Source: Amoeboaphelidium occidentale
Taxonomy: Eukaryota
Reading direction: 5' to 3'
Assembly: GCA_023515795.1 (NCBI GenBank)
Contig: JALGPX010000107.1
Location: 1-41,307, forward strand
Length of the DNA: 41,307 bases
Position numbers and translations under genes: made by a program
The notes under the pieces: generated by a model
The model's input: only the letters and a program-made list of their open reading frames with translations
The model's database searches: none
Told to the model about the DNA's origin: nothing
In this document: positions 10,468 to 20,347 of the stretch, piece after piece
Numbering within the stretch: the stretch's first letter is position 1
Layout of the letters: the number at the start of each line of letters is the position of its first letter

Positions 10468-12272
10468 ATGAACGGGATCACTGACAGATACTTTCTGTCT
10501 GTAGCTGGTTTGGAGGCAGGAGCCAGTAATGCTTCCCTATTTCCATCACAGCAAGCTGCTCGCAATGTTCCACATGGTACTGAACAACCAAGACCATCTG
10601 GTTCTGACACCGCAGTTGTTTCAACATCTGATTTGGACTCACTTCCACCTTTACCAAGAGATTCTATGGAATTCTTGCCTATTAATGGCCAAAATCGTTC
10701 AGATAATGGATCTGTAGACGATGCCTTATCAACTACTCAAACATATGATTCTGATGGGAGAGCACCAGGAAGACTTGGAACCAACGAGCAAATGAGGCCA
10801 TTCAGAAATAGGCCACCTGCAGCTGCACCTATTGCTGTACCATCGTCAATTGCGCATGTCTTTCAGAGTCCAAAATGGAAGAACCCAGTTGGATCAAAAC
10901 TGCCAGAGAATCCTGACACAGTTCACTTATCGCTATTCTACTATGCAGGTAATTTCTAGTTGATATTTAAAGAGCAATAATATTTTGAAGATCAAAAACT
11001 GTCCAAGAAGGTCACTAAGCTGAGATCATTGAGACCTAATTCAAGGCGCTTTCAAGTGCAGCTAGATTATGTTCATGAACTTCAGAAGGTCTTATTGGCT
11101 ATCCTGTACCTTATTTACAACACTTTCCCTGATGATATCAAGACATCAAAAGAATATAGACATATGCTACCACATGAGGACCAAAGAGAGTTGGATGGCG
11201 GATTTTCGGAGAACATTCTGTTTGCTGCTCAAGCGATATCACGTGGATTCAGAGTTAGAGGTATCGAACAGTATGCAGAAATTTTGAGGGAACCAGCGAA
11301 ACAAGTCGTCGCAGCTTTAGACGCATTGAGATATGTTTTCAAAATGAGAGCATTGAAAGATCCACTGCCACCATATCCTAACGACTTGGGCTCTGTCTTG
11401 AAGGTAATAATTTCATGAAATTCTATCTTATATGCTAGGATTTTGACTGGGCTTGGGCAAGATTTGAGCAGAGAATCTGTCTTTGTTACTACACTGTTGC
11501 TATGGGTCCACCGGAAATGACAATTAGGGGTGGAAAACGTGTAAGACTTCCTGACGAAGGCAAGCAATTCTTTGCTGTTATTCTTTGTGAAACATTACTG
11601 AGAGGTGTAAAGGAAGGATATTTTACAGATGATCATATTGCTGGATTAGAATCTGGATTATTCTATGCAGTTCCTCGTTTATCAATTATTCTTGGGCTTT
11701 ATCACATGCCTCATTACTTGGACTTATCAAACACCAGTTTTTGCGCCCGCTGGTTCGGAGTGAAACTCCCATTGATGCGTCAGGTCCAAAATCAACTAAG
11801 TAGTTTGAGCCAAGAAGAGATATCCTCCTTGGAGAAAATGCTTTGCGTTAATTTGCTTGCAGCTGAAGATGATGGCACTAATGGTGATCAAAAGAGAGCA
11901 ACATCTCCTTTGCTTATTGATGAAGTTGATGTGCTATCTGGTGTAGCCTCAAAGAATGAGGTTCTAATACCTGAGAGACCTTCATCCTTGAAAGCTTTAT
12001 TCAAAGACGTTTGCGCAATCGCCGATGAATTAGCAAGTGGTCCAAACAGCAAAGATTTTGTTGATGTTTTACAAATGTGCTTCAAATCTCATGGTCTATC
12101 ATCAGAAGACTCCGCAATTGATTTGTCACCGTCAGCTTCATCCAGAAGCCACGAAGAATTATTAGAAAGGCAACGCGCGGAGTTCACACAAGCGGCGCAG
12201 CTGATTTATGAATATGATACACGTCGAGATGCTAGTTTATCTAGATCTAATGCTAGGCGCAGGTCACCTTAG
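10468..12272 (+). CDS. Lateral signaling target 2 (Lst2/ZFYVE28)-like protein lacking a FYVE domain (3 exons)
   Basis: Introns 10949-10990 and 11404-11438 join three ORFs in frame. Segments LFYYAD, ENILFAAQAI, LKDFDWAWARFE, VILCETLLRGVKEGYFT...LFYAVPRLSIILGL, LSQEEISSLEKMLC and LFKDVCAIADEL parallel, in order, the Lst2 blocks as I recall them (FYYAD, LWFGAECL, FDVLFAEFE, LFCETVERAL..GYL...IPRLAIV.GL, LTEEELHTLERNLC, LFVCISGVADQL). Confidence 0.8.
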
Positions 12273-12374
12273 TCGAATTTTTGAATAGAAACGTTGTGAT
12301 TTTTGCGTTGAAACTTCTCACGTGGTTTGCAGATCATTTCTTGCAACTGTTTGACAGCAACTCAAGCCCTCAAC

Positions 12375-14287
12375 ATGCGCAATACGCCGCTGCTTTTCTA
12401 CGTCTGGGCCTTAACTGATTTCGAAAAGCGTGAAGACGATGAAATATCTTTCAAGAAGAACGAAAGGATATTGGTAATCGCGCAGGATGAAGGATTCGAC
12501 GATGGCTGGTAAGAATGAGCGTTGATGTAATGACGATTAATTTGCTCAGGTGGAAAGGTGAAAACGAAATGGGCGAAATTGGTTTATTTCCTGCCAACTT
12601 TACGACTACCACGGAACCGGCTCGCTTGAGTAGAGTCGCTGAAAGTTTTGGCACGGCAGGAACGAAGGAAGCCATCAGTATCAGCGAAGTTGTACCGGAA
12701 GAATGGACGGTTGAACAAGTTGGCCAGTGGCTGCACACCGTGGGCTTTGGAGAATTTGAAGTTGCCTTCAAAGAACACAAAATGGATGGCGCTGCATTGA
12801 CAAGTGCTTTCCTGGATTTGGCTGCACTGAAGGAATTAGGGATGAACGAATTGAAGTCACGTTTGGAATTTATGGAGTGTCTCCGTTCCTTAAAACACGA
12901 GACCTTCCGTGCTCGTTGTCACTCTGAGCCAGCGTTTGATGAAGACTTTGGCGTTGAACAGATTCGACCCCAAGCGTTCTCTTTTGCTCTTCCGAAGTTG
13001 TCTTTGGGAATTGGACTGAAAAATTTCAAGTTGAAATCGTTATCTTTGGCAGAAGGAACCAGAAAGGATACGGTGCATCTTTCAACTAATGTTCCTTCTG
13101 ATGTCACTTCATTGGCTGATGTTATGCTGATGCCTGAGCGCGAAGGACAACTAAGAACTTGGAGTTGTGATTTTGAGGGATTCTTATGGAAGCGTGGAGG
13201 TAAGGCACACTGGTCATGGAAGCGTAGATATTTTATTCTGAAACAAATGACTTTGTGGTATTTCAAGGACAACAGGCAAACATCTACTCCGCTTGGTTTA
13301 ATTACGCTACCTTCGTATAAAATTGTTCCTTCCAAAGATTGCAACATCAATGGAGGCATTTTTGAGTTTCAAGCTGAACATCCTGATGCTAGGACGTATT
13401 ATTTTAAAGCAGGTTCTCTTGATGATATGCAGAATTGGATGAATGCAATGACGAAGGCTTCTCTTGGGATAACCACACAAACAGCAATGTATCCAATTGA
13501 TGAAAGCGCAGAATTAGATGAAAATGGCGATTCCACAGATAATCCAGCTATAAGGGGATCTGTTTCATCCCGAATTCCGTCAAGGTCGCTGCGAAGATCC
13601 GAGCAACCATTATTGAGCGAGCATGAGAAACAACCCTTCTCTTATGGTGTGTCTACCATTGAATTGTCTCAAAAGCGTTCTTTGTTGAATATCAAAAGTT
13701 CCGATCGGAATGAAGTCGAAATGGAACATGAGTTTGTAATTTGGATGAATAGTGTCTTGTTTTCCTCTGATATTATTTCCGTTGGAATATCCCGCATGAA
13801 AGTTTGTTTGCCTCCACCGCCAGAATATTTGGAACCTGTTTCAAGCTTGCATTTAGATTTGTCTGATGGTTTACATTTGATTGAGTTCCTTCTTCGTTTG
13901 GTTATTTCTAGAGAGCTTTCAATGATCAAGTCAGAATCTTCATACACAAAATCAACTCTTGAAAGCTGTATTCAAAATCTTTACGAGAAATTCCGACAGT
14001 TGGTGATTCCGAAACCTCAATTCAAAGTGCAAATGCGCGATAATTTGAGTGTAGCTTGGAGTATAATATCAGACGAAATGAAGCCCAACAGAATCCAAGA
14101 ATGGCTGAAGTCATACGAGCAGCAGAATAAGTATGGCACACAAAGGCCAAGCAAATTAATGCAAAAACTTCAACTTCGAGAGATTAGAATTGAAGATGTT
14201 CTCTCTGCTAAGCAAGAAAGCATTGCCATATTATTACATGAAATATCTCAAGAATTCCCAAATAGTTTCGAGAACTGCTCTTTGTAA
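12375..14287 (+). CDS. Boi1/Pob1-like polarity scaffold: SH3-SAM-PH plus a C-terminal calponin-homology-like domain (2 exons)
   Basis: SH3: ALTDFEKREDDEISFKK...DDGW-WKGE...GLFPANF, across intron 12509-12549. SAM: WTVEQVGQWL...LKELGM. PH: FEGFLWKRGG...WKRRYFIL...YYFKA...MQNWMNAM. CH-like: FVIWMNSVL...DLSDGLHLIEFL. Confidence 0.85.
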
Positions 14288-14311
14288 TTAGAATATATTC
14301 TTTTCAGCGAC

Positions 14312-16033
14312 ATGAAGCGCGCATTTTCAACATCTTCCCTCGCTCGAGCTTATAACAAGTACAGTAGAACAATAACTCAGCCCAAGTCACAGGGTGCATC
14401 TCAGGCCATGCTTTATGCCACTGGATTAACGGAAGAGGATATGTCTAAGCCACAAGTTGGAATTGTATCAATGTGGTATGAGGGCAATCCTTGTAATATG
14501 CATCTCAATGATCTCGCTGGTGTGATAAAGTCAAGTGTACGTGAAAGCGAACTAGTTCCTTACAGATTTACGACTGTCGGAGTGAGTGACGGAATCTCTA
14601 TGGGAACAAAGGGAATGTCTTACTCGTTGCCTTCAAGAGATTTAATTGCGGATTCCATCGAAACTGTTGCGAGTGCTCAATGGTACGATGCTCTGGTATG
14701 CATCCCTGGCTGTGATAAGAATATGCCTGGTTGTCTGATGGCTATGCTCCGTCTTAATAGACCAAGTTTGATGGTTTATGGCGGAACGATTCGCAAGGGT
14801 TGTTTGGGTTCCAAGAGTTTGGATGTGGTCAGCGCGTTCCAGAGCTACGGCGAATTCTTGAAGAAGAGCATCACTGAAGAGGAAAGAAAGCAAATAATCA
14901 AAAACTCGTGTCCTGGTGCAGGTGCCTGTGGCGGAATGTACACTGCAAATACAATGGCGAGTGCGATCGAAGCGATGGGTTTCTCTATCCCTGGTTCATC
15001 TTCCTTCCCTGCTGAAGATGAAAAGAAGCAGGATGAGTGTAAGAGCATTGGCTCGTATATTCGCAATCTGTTGGAGAAGGATATCAAACCAAAAGACATT
15101 TTAACGTCAAAATCAATTGAAAATGCAATAACCTTAACAATGGTTTTGGGAGGCTCAACAAACGCAGTTTTACATTTACTTGCGATAGCTAGAACAGCTG
15201 GTATTTCATTGAACATTGAAGATTTTCAAAAGATTAGCGATAGAACTCCATATTTGGCAGATTTGAAACCAAGTGGCAAATACATGATGGAAGACTTGAG
15301 CAAGTTTGGTGGAGTTCCTGCAGTTATTAAGTACCTCATTAAAGAAGGCAGAATACATGGAGAGTGTTTGACTATAACTGGAAAATCGTTATGGGAGAAT
15401 GTGAAGGATGCTCCAGATCTGTTTGATTCAAAAGGAAATCCAAATCAAGACATCATCAAGCCTCTCTCGAAGCCTTTGAAGAGCTCTGGGCACATTTCGA
15501 TCCTTAAAGGAAATTTGGCTCCAGAAGGTTCTGTTGCGAAAATTACTGGTAAGGAAGGATTAAAATTTGAAGGAAGAGCCATTGTATTCGATGGAGAAGA
15601 GGCGATGCTCAAAGGTTTAGAGAATGGAGAAATTAAAAAAGGCCATGTTGTTATCATAAGATATGAGGGCCCTAAAGGAGGTCCAGGAATGAGAGAGATG
15701 TTGACGCCGACGTCTGCAATAATGGGCGCTGGTTTGGGAAATGACGTTGCATTGCTTACTGACGGTCGCTTTTCGGGAGGAAGCCACGGTTTCATTGTAG
15801 GCCATGTTGCACCAGAAGCATTTGTTGGTGGACCTGTTGGTTTAGTTAAGAATGGAGACCTGGTTACAATTGATGCAACAAAGAAGGCTATCAATATGAA
15901 TGTCTCAGAAGAGGAACTCTTAAAAAGACGAAAAAGCTGGAAAGCACCAACTCCAAAGTATACCAGTGGCTATTTGAGCAAATACGTGAAGCTTGTTAGC
16001 TCCTCTAGTGAGGGTTGCGTAACGGATAAATAA
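14312..16033 (+). CDS. ILV3: Dihydroxy-acid dehydratase, mitochondrial
   Basis: [95 protein letters not shown]. Short presequence-like N-terminus MKRAFSTSS. Confidence 0.97.
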   Translation: MKRAFSTSSLARAYNKYSRTITQPKSQGASQAMLYATGLTEEDMSKPQVGIVSMWYEGNPCNMHLNDLAGVIKSSVRESELVPYRFTTVGVSDGISMGTKGMSYSLPSRDLIADSIETVASAQWYDALVCIPGCDKNMPGCLMAMLRLNRPSLMVYGGTIRKGCLGSKSLDVVSAFQSYGEFLKKSITEEERKQIIKNSCPGAGACGGMYTANTMASAIEAMGFSIPGSSSFPAEDEKKQDECKSIGSYIRNLLEKDIKPKDILTSKSIENAITLTMVLGGSTNAVLHLLAIARTAGISLNIEDFQKISDRTPYLADLKPSGKYMMEDLSKFGGVPAVIKYLIKEGRIHGECLTITGKSLWENVKDAPDLFDSKGNPNQDIIKPLSKPLKSSGHISILKGNLAPEGSVAKITGKEGLKFEGRAIVFDGEEAMLKGLENGEIKKGHVVIIRYEGPKGGPGMREMLTPTSAIMGAGLGNDVALLTDGRFSGGSHGFIVGHVAPEAFVGGPVGLVKNGDLVTIDATKKAINMNVSEEELLKRRKSWKAPTPKYTSGYLSKYVKLVSSSSEGCVTDK

Positions 16034-16056
16034 AGCAAATAATTAATTATTAATAT

Positions 16057-17022
16057 TTATTTCGGGATGAAAGAATTGATGTATGCTTCCTTGCTCTTTA
16101 TGATATCTTCCTCTTCCAGAAGATCAAAAAGCTTGGCCAAATACGTACTGATCTTTGCCAGTTCTGTTAAATTCCTAAAATCTTTAGAACCATCAAGATC
16201 AAACGAAAGATTAGAGTAAGGATCACAAAGAACAGTCTCAGAATCTACACAATTCTTGAAACCATCCAAGCCATAATGTTTGCATGCCAAACGCATGAAT
16301 CCAGCACCCGCAGGTGGATGTGGTCCCTTATTTAATCTTTTGATGATTGCTGGATTCAAGAATCTTGAGATCAAATCAACAAATGGCCAAAGTGGTCTCA
16401 TAAGCCTGTACTGATCAGGTATCTCCAATTGATCATACAATTCTGATTTGATCTTGGAATAGTGCCTCGCGAAAGAACAATCTTCGTCGTATTGTAGTAA
16501 ATCTTTCATCGGTTCAAACAGTTCAAAAGAAGACAAGAATGGATACTTCGAAATCCCAGTTGACTTTAGGAACAAGAGGTAAGCAAATGTGCAAGCATTA
16601 TACAGTTTTTCCTTCTTTGAAACGCCTTTGCCAAAATAAACCACTTTTACGAGTTGTTTCATGCGTTCATCGGCTTCGTCTTTATCAGACTTTAGACAAT
16701 CGTAAATCTTTAGCGTTTTGCCTTCTTTGAAATGAAACTTGTGTCGCATATCACCATAAGTTAGATTCGGATGGATCGGTTTGAAATCCAAATCATAAAA
16801 GAAACCAGGAGGATTTGGTACCATTCCGAAAGGAAGCGTAAAAGAATCGTGATATAAAAACGTGCTCTCATTCACACTAACTTCTCTGACATATTTGAGT
16901 AATTCTTCCGGGATAGCTTTCGATCCAGAACCATCAAAACGAATCTGTTGCGGCGAGCACATAACCAACTGCCACGACAAGCACAAAATCAACACCAAAA
17001 GGATATTCAGTTGCGTCTTCAT
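16057..17022 (-). CDS. Orphan secreted protein (~321 aa)
   Basis: ATG at 17022 gives the signal-peptide-like MKTQLNILLVLILCLSWQLVMC. The long open frame has several Cys and no family I recognise. Confidence 0.7.
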   Translation of the reverse strand: MKTQLNILLVLILCLSWQLVMCSPQQIRFDGSGSKAIPEELLKYVREVSVNESTFLYHDSFTLPFGMVPNPPGFFYDLDFKPIHPNLTYGDMRHKFHFKEGKTLKIYDCLKSDKDEADERMKQLVKVVYFGKGVSKKEKLYNACTFAYLLFLKSTGISKYPFLSSFELFEPMKDLLQYDEDCSFARHYSKIKSELYDQLEIPDQYRLMRPLWPFVDLISRFLNPAIIKRLNKGPHPPAGAGFMRLACKHYGLDGFKNCVDSETVLCDPYSNLSFDLDGSKDFRNLTELAKISTYLAKLFDLLEEEDIIKSKEAYINSFIPK

Positions 17023-17263
17023 TTCTCCAATAGATTGCGTATGAAAAGAAACCCCACAAACAAGGAAAGCATTTGTTAAAAGTTTGGTGAGACGATGTGG
17101 CGCACGATGCGGTGAACGGCAAAAGTTCCGGGCATACTGGAATTGAGGGGATTTTAAAAGCGTGCTCTGATGGAAATGTATTGAAACGTACCAGAAATTA
17201 TACGCTGTGACGACCTTTGTTTTCTTGTCGCACAATCTCTAACGCGCCGATTGTTTTCTTCAA

Positions 17264-17884
17264 ATGTATCCGAATTACGGCAACAATGGCAATGGAGGTA
17301 ACGGAAACCCTCCGTATACACCGCCTACTTATGATCCTTATGGTGTAATTCCGCCTGCTCAATCGAACTACTATCCTCCTCCTTCTGCTCCGCATTCTCA
17401 TCATCACGGACCTTACTATGCACCACCGCCATCTCAACCTTATGGAACAGCTTGCCCTCCAACTCAATACGACTGCCACACAATACAGCCAGAAATGATA
17501 CCGCTACCTCCTCCTTTGAATGAGCATGGAATGGTTTGTGATGTTTCACGAGGACCAACAATGTTCAACAACATTCCATACTTCTTTCATCACGGCAGCT
17601 GGTGGAGATATCCTCATAATCATCAATACTTTTCAAGTCCTTCGTTTTTCAATTGGTACAGCAATAAATGGGGCTGCAATTATGGTGGTTTGAGTTCTGG
17701 GCCTCATTGCAACGTACCTCTCTCAAGCAACGGATTTAGTCAAGTCCTGAATATGTTTATGAATAACGGAAGTGGTCATCATCATCATCATAATTATAAT
17801 AACCATGGAGGACACTATGGCTATCAGAGTAACTATGGTCATTATGATAGTCACCATCACCACCATCATCGTGATGAATGCTAG
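17264..17884 (+). CDS. Low-complexity Pro/Tyr-rich, His-rich orphan protein
   Basis: 206 aa ATG-initiated ORF with a PY-rich N-terminus, an aromatic/Cys central part and a His/Asn/Gly-rich C-terminus. TTTTC lies just upstream of the ATG. Confidence 0.65.
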   Translation: MYPNYGNNGNGGNGNPPYTPPTYDPYGVIPPAQSNYYPPPSAPHSHHHGPYYAPPPSQPYGTACPPTQYDCHTIQPEMIPLPPPLNEHGMVCDVSRGPTMFNNIPYFFHHGSWWRYPHNHQYFSSPSFFNWYSNKWGCNYGGLSSGPHCNVPLSSNGFSQVLNMFMNNGSGHHHHHNYNNHGGHYGYQSNYGHYDSHHHHHHRDEC

Positions 17885-17928
17885 AAGTAACTCATATCCT
17901 TAAAGCATTTAATAAACCATTTATTCAT

Positions 17929-18426
17929 CTAGCAAGCTTCGAAGTTTGGTCGTACGTTAGAGATTCTACCTGATACTGCACTATCATCATAATTCTGAGG
18001 AACAAATGAAAACCCAGTAATTCGGCACCTTTTAGGACTAGAAAACATTTTAGCTATACAACCTCTAGCACTTCCACCGATACGATTCTTGTAACCAATA
18101 CCTTTTAGATATTGGTTCTGTGGTTCTACACACGCGCCAATTTCTCGTATTCCATCGGTCGCAGTTGGTAAAACATCATACTTTATCGTTTCTGGTTTGA
18201 TCTTGGTGTTGGCTCCATTTCCAACAACAAAGAAAGGTCCATTATCGGAACATTGAACTCTTACGGATGATATGTACATTCTTTGATCAGCTTCTTGAAT
18301 ATATCCATATGAAACACCAATTGCTGTAACAAATGCTGTTCCTGGACAATTGAAGTTTTGAGCGTCTTGAGCAGCTGCAAGGGAGCATAGAAAGATAATT
18401 CCTAACAAGAGCAGTAATATGTTCAT
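17929..18426 (-). CDS. Small secreted cysteine-containing protein, possibly beta-prism/lectin-like
   Basis: Signal peptide MNILLLLLGIIFLCSLAAA. Six Cys in the mature part, with beta-strand-like repeats CPGTAFVTAIGV...ISSVRVQCSD and CRITGFSF...ISNVRPNF. Confidence 0.75.
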   Translation of the reverse strand: MNILLLLLGIIFLCSLAAAQDAQNFNCPGTAFVTAIGVSYGYIQEADQRMYISSVRVQCSDNGPFFVVGNGANTKIKPETIKYDVLPTATDGIREIGACVEPQNQYLKGIGYKNRIGGSARGCIAKMFSSPKRCRITGFSFVPQNYDDSAVSGRISNVRPNFEAC

Positions 18427-18670
18427 TTCGGAGAAAGATCAAGCTGTATCTTGTGTTGAAGATTGGCAATTATCGTAATGTAACAACATCGTGGAAGGAT
18501 CATATCTCAACAATGAAGATAAAAAGCTGATCTATTATGCTTCTTCTGCTCATGTTACTTTCCAGCCCATACGTCTTATCAGAAATTTAGCGTGTTTAGA
18601 CATGATCGAATCTGAAACACGGTTGTCGCAGCGCTCTAAAGCCTTAAAATTCTTTTTCTGATAATATGAT

Positions 18671-20347
18671 ATGCTTCTGTCGTTGATATTCATCATTTTA
18701 TTATTCAATGAGTATGTTTCAACAGCGCACGCATGGACTTCAGATTATTCGATAAGTTCTAGTGATGGTTTCATAGAAGGGTCTAGACCGCCGATCCTCA
18801 AACACTTTGTAACTTTGGTCAAACGACGTGGCGGAGGAGGAAGGGGCGGAGGTGGAGGTGGAGCTTCTCGAGGTGGCGGAGGAGGTGCTCGCGCAGGTGG
18901 TGGCGGTATGCGATCTGGAGGAGGCGGGATGAGAGCCGGAGGTGGTGGCATGAGATCTGGAGGAGGAATGAGAGCAGGCGGCGGTGGTGTGCGAGCTGGA
19001 GGTGCTTCCAGAGCGGGTGGTGGAATGCGGGCAAGTGGTGGAGCATCCGGTGCAAATAGCGGGTTGAGAGTTGGAGGGGGAGGAGGAGGAGGCGGTGGTG
19101 CTAGAGGAAGTGGAGGCCCTCGTGTTAGTAATCCAGGAGGCGGAGGAAATCGTGTAGGAGCAAATTCTGGAACACGAGGTATCGGTGGCACTAAGGCCGG
19201 AAATGTTGGTACCAGAGCTCCTGCTGTAGCGAAACCACCAGCTGCTGCAAGGCCAGCTTCGGTCCCGTCTAAAAGTCCGCCAGCTGCTCCTAAGCCTCAG
19301 CTTCCCGCAGCAGCAAAACCTCCTGCTCAACAAGCTCAGCCTGTCACACCAAAAAACAACCCATTACAACCTAAAGCTGTAGACACGCCGTCAGCCAAGT
19401 CTGGAACAAATCCTGCATCAAAGCCTGAGGCGAAAGCAAAGGATAACGCGGATAAACCAACAGCTGATAAAGCAGCCGTGAAAGATAATGGAAAGGTCGC
19501 AGATACTAAGGCTAAAAATGACAATGCAGCTCAAACCCCCGCAGAAGATGCTAAACCCAAAGACGTCAACACTAAAGAGACTCCAAAGGAAGAGCAAAAG
19601 AAGGGCGAAGACCAAAAGAAGACCGATGGTCAAAAATTAGGCGACGAACCTACGAAAGGCGAGAAGCAACAGAAGGCCGAGGATCCCAAAAGTATAGAAG
19701 ACGGCAAAAAGGCTGAGGATCCAAAGAGTGCAGAAGAAGGTAACAAGGAAGAAGAAGGGAAGGAGGAGGAGCCTGAAAAGGAAAAGGAAGTTGAGCCGAA
19801 AGAAGCCCCCAGTGAAAAGAAGGATAGTCCACCAAAAGGAGGCGGAGGAGGTGGAGGGGGCGGTGGTGGCAAGAAAAAGCGTAACAGGTCAAGGCCAAGA
19901 AGGCCCAGAAGAAACCCCTCTCGTTCGAAGCCGTCCAGGTCGAAGAATAAGAAGAAAAAGAAAAAGCGACCGTCTTCTGGTTCAGGAAATGGTAATGCGA
20001 TAGTATTCATTGGCAGCCCGACCACAACAACTATTTCAGCTTCTCCTACACCGACGACAACAAATAGCAAGAAAAAGAAAAGAAATCGTTCAAAGCCAAA
20101 GCCTAGACTAGGAGGCCATGAAAGTTTTGCTGATGCAATTATGGAGGCCATAGAAAATACCAATGGAGGCAGAATGAGTATATTTAGAAGGCTACTAAAG
20201 ATGCTCTTCGAGAACAGGTTGTTTCCAGAGAGAGTTGATTTGTTGGAACGCATTATTATTGGGTTAATTGACAGTTTCACGGCGAAAGAATTGACGAAGG
20301 CAAAAAGAATTATCAAAGAAGTTGTCAAGGATTTTACCCGGAGTTAA
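18671..20347 (+). CDS. Secreted low-complexity protein: Gly/Arg repeats, Pro/Ala-rich, Lys/Glu-rich, poly-Lys NLS-like tracts, helical C-terminal domain
   Basis: 558 aa ORF with a signal-like N-terminus MLLSLIFIILLFNEYVSTAHA. A KRR site precedes GGG(M/V)R(A/S) repeats, and there are two KKKRNRS motifs. Confidence 0.75.
   Translation: MLLSLIFIILLFNEYVSTAHAWTSDYSISSSDGFIEGSRPPILKHFVTLVKRRGGGGRGGGGGGASRGGGGGARAGGGGMRSGGGGMRAGGGGMRSGGGMRAGGGGVRAGGASRAGGGMRASGGASGANSGLRVGGGGGGGGGARGSGGPRVSNPGGGGNRVGANSGTRGIGGTKAGNVGTRAPAVAKPPAAARPASVPSKSPPAAPKPQLPAAAKPPAQQAQPVTPKNNPLQPKAVDTPSAKSGTNPASKPEAKAKDNADKPTADKAAVKDNGKVADTKAKNDNAAQTPAEDAKPKDVNTKETPKEEQKKGEDQKKTDGQKLGDEPTKGEKQQKAEDPKSIEDGKKAEDPKSAEEGNKEEEGKEEEPEKEKEVEPKEAPSEKKDSPPKGGGGGGGGGGGKKKRNRSRPRRPRRNPSRSKPSRSKNKKKKKKRPSSGSGNGNAIVFIGSPTTTTISASPTPTTTNSKKKKRNRSKPKPRLGGHESFADAIMEAIENTNGGRMSIFRRLLKMLFENRLFPERVDLLERIIIGLIDSFTAKELTKAKRIIKEVVKDFTRS

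Noticed and set aside
18740..20328. Long antisense ORFs (poly-Pro, Ser-rich, Phe-rich) opposite the Gly/Lys-rich gene
   Set aside because: They are shadows of low-complexity codon usage on the sense strand.
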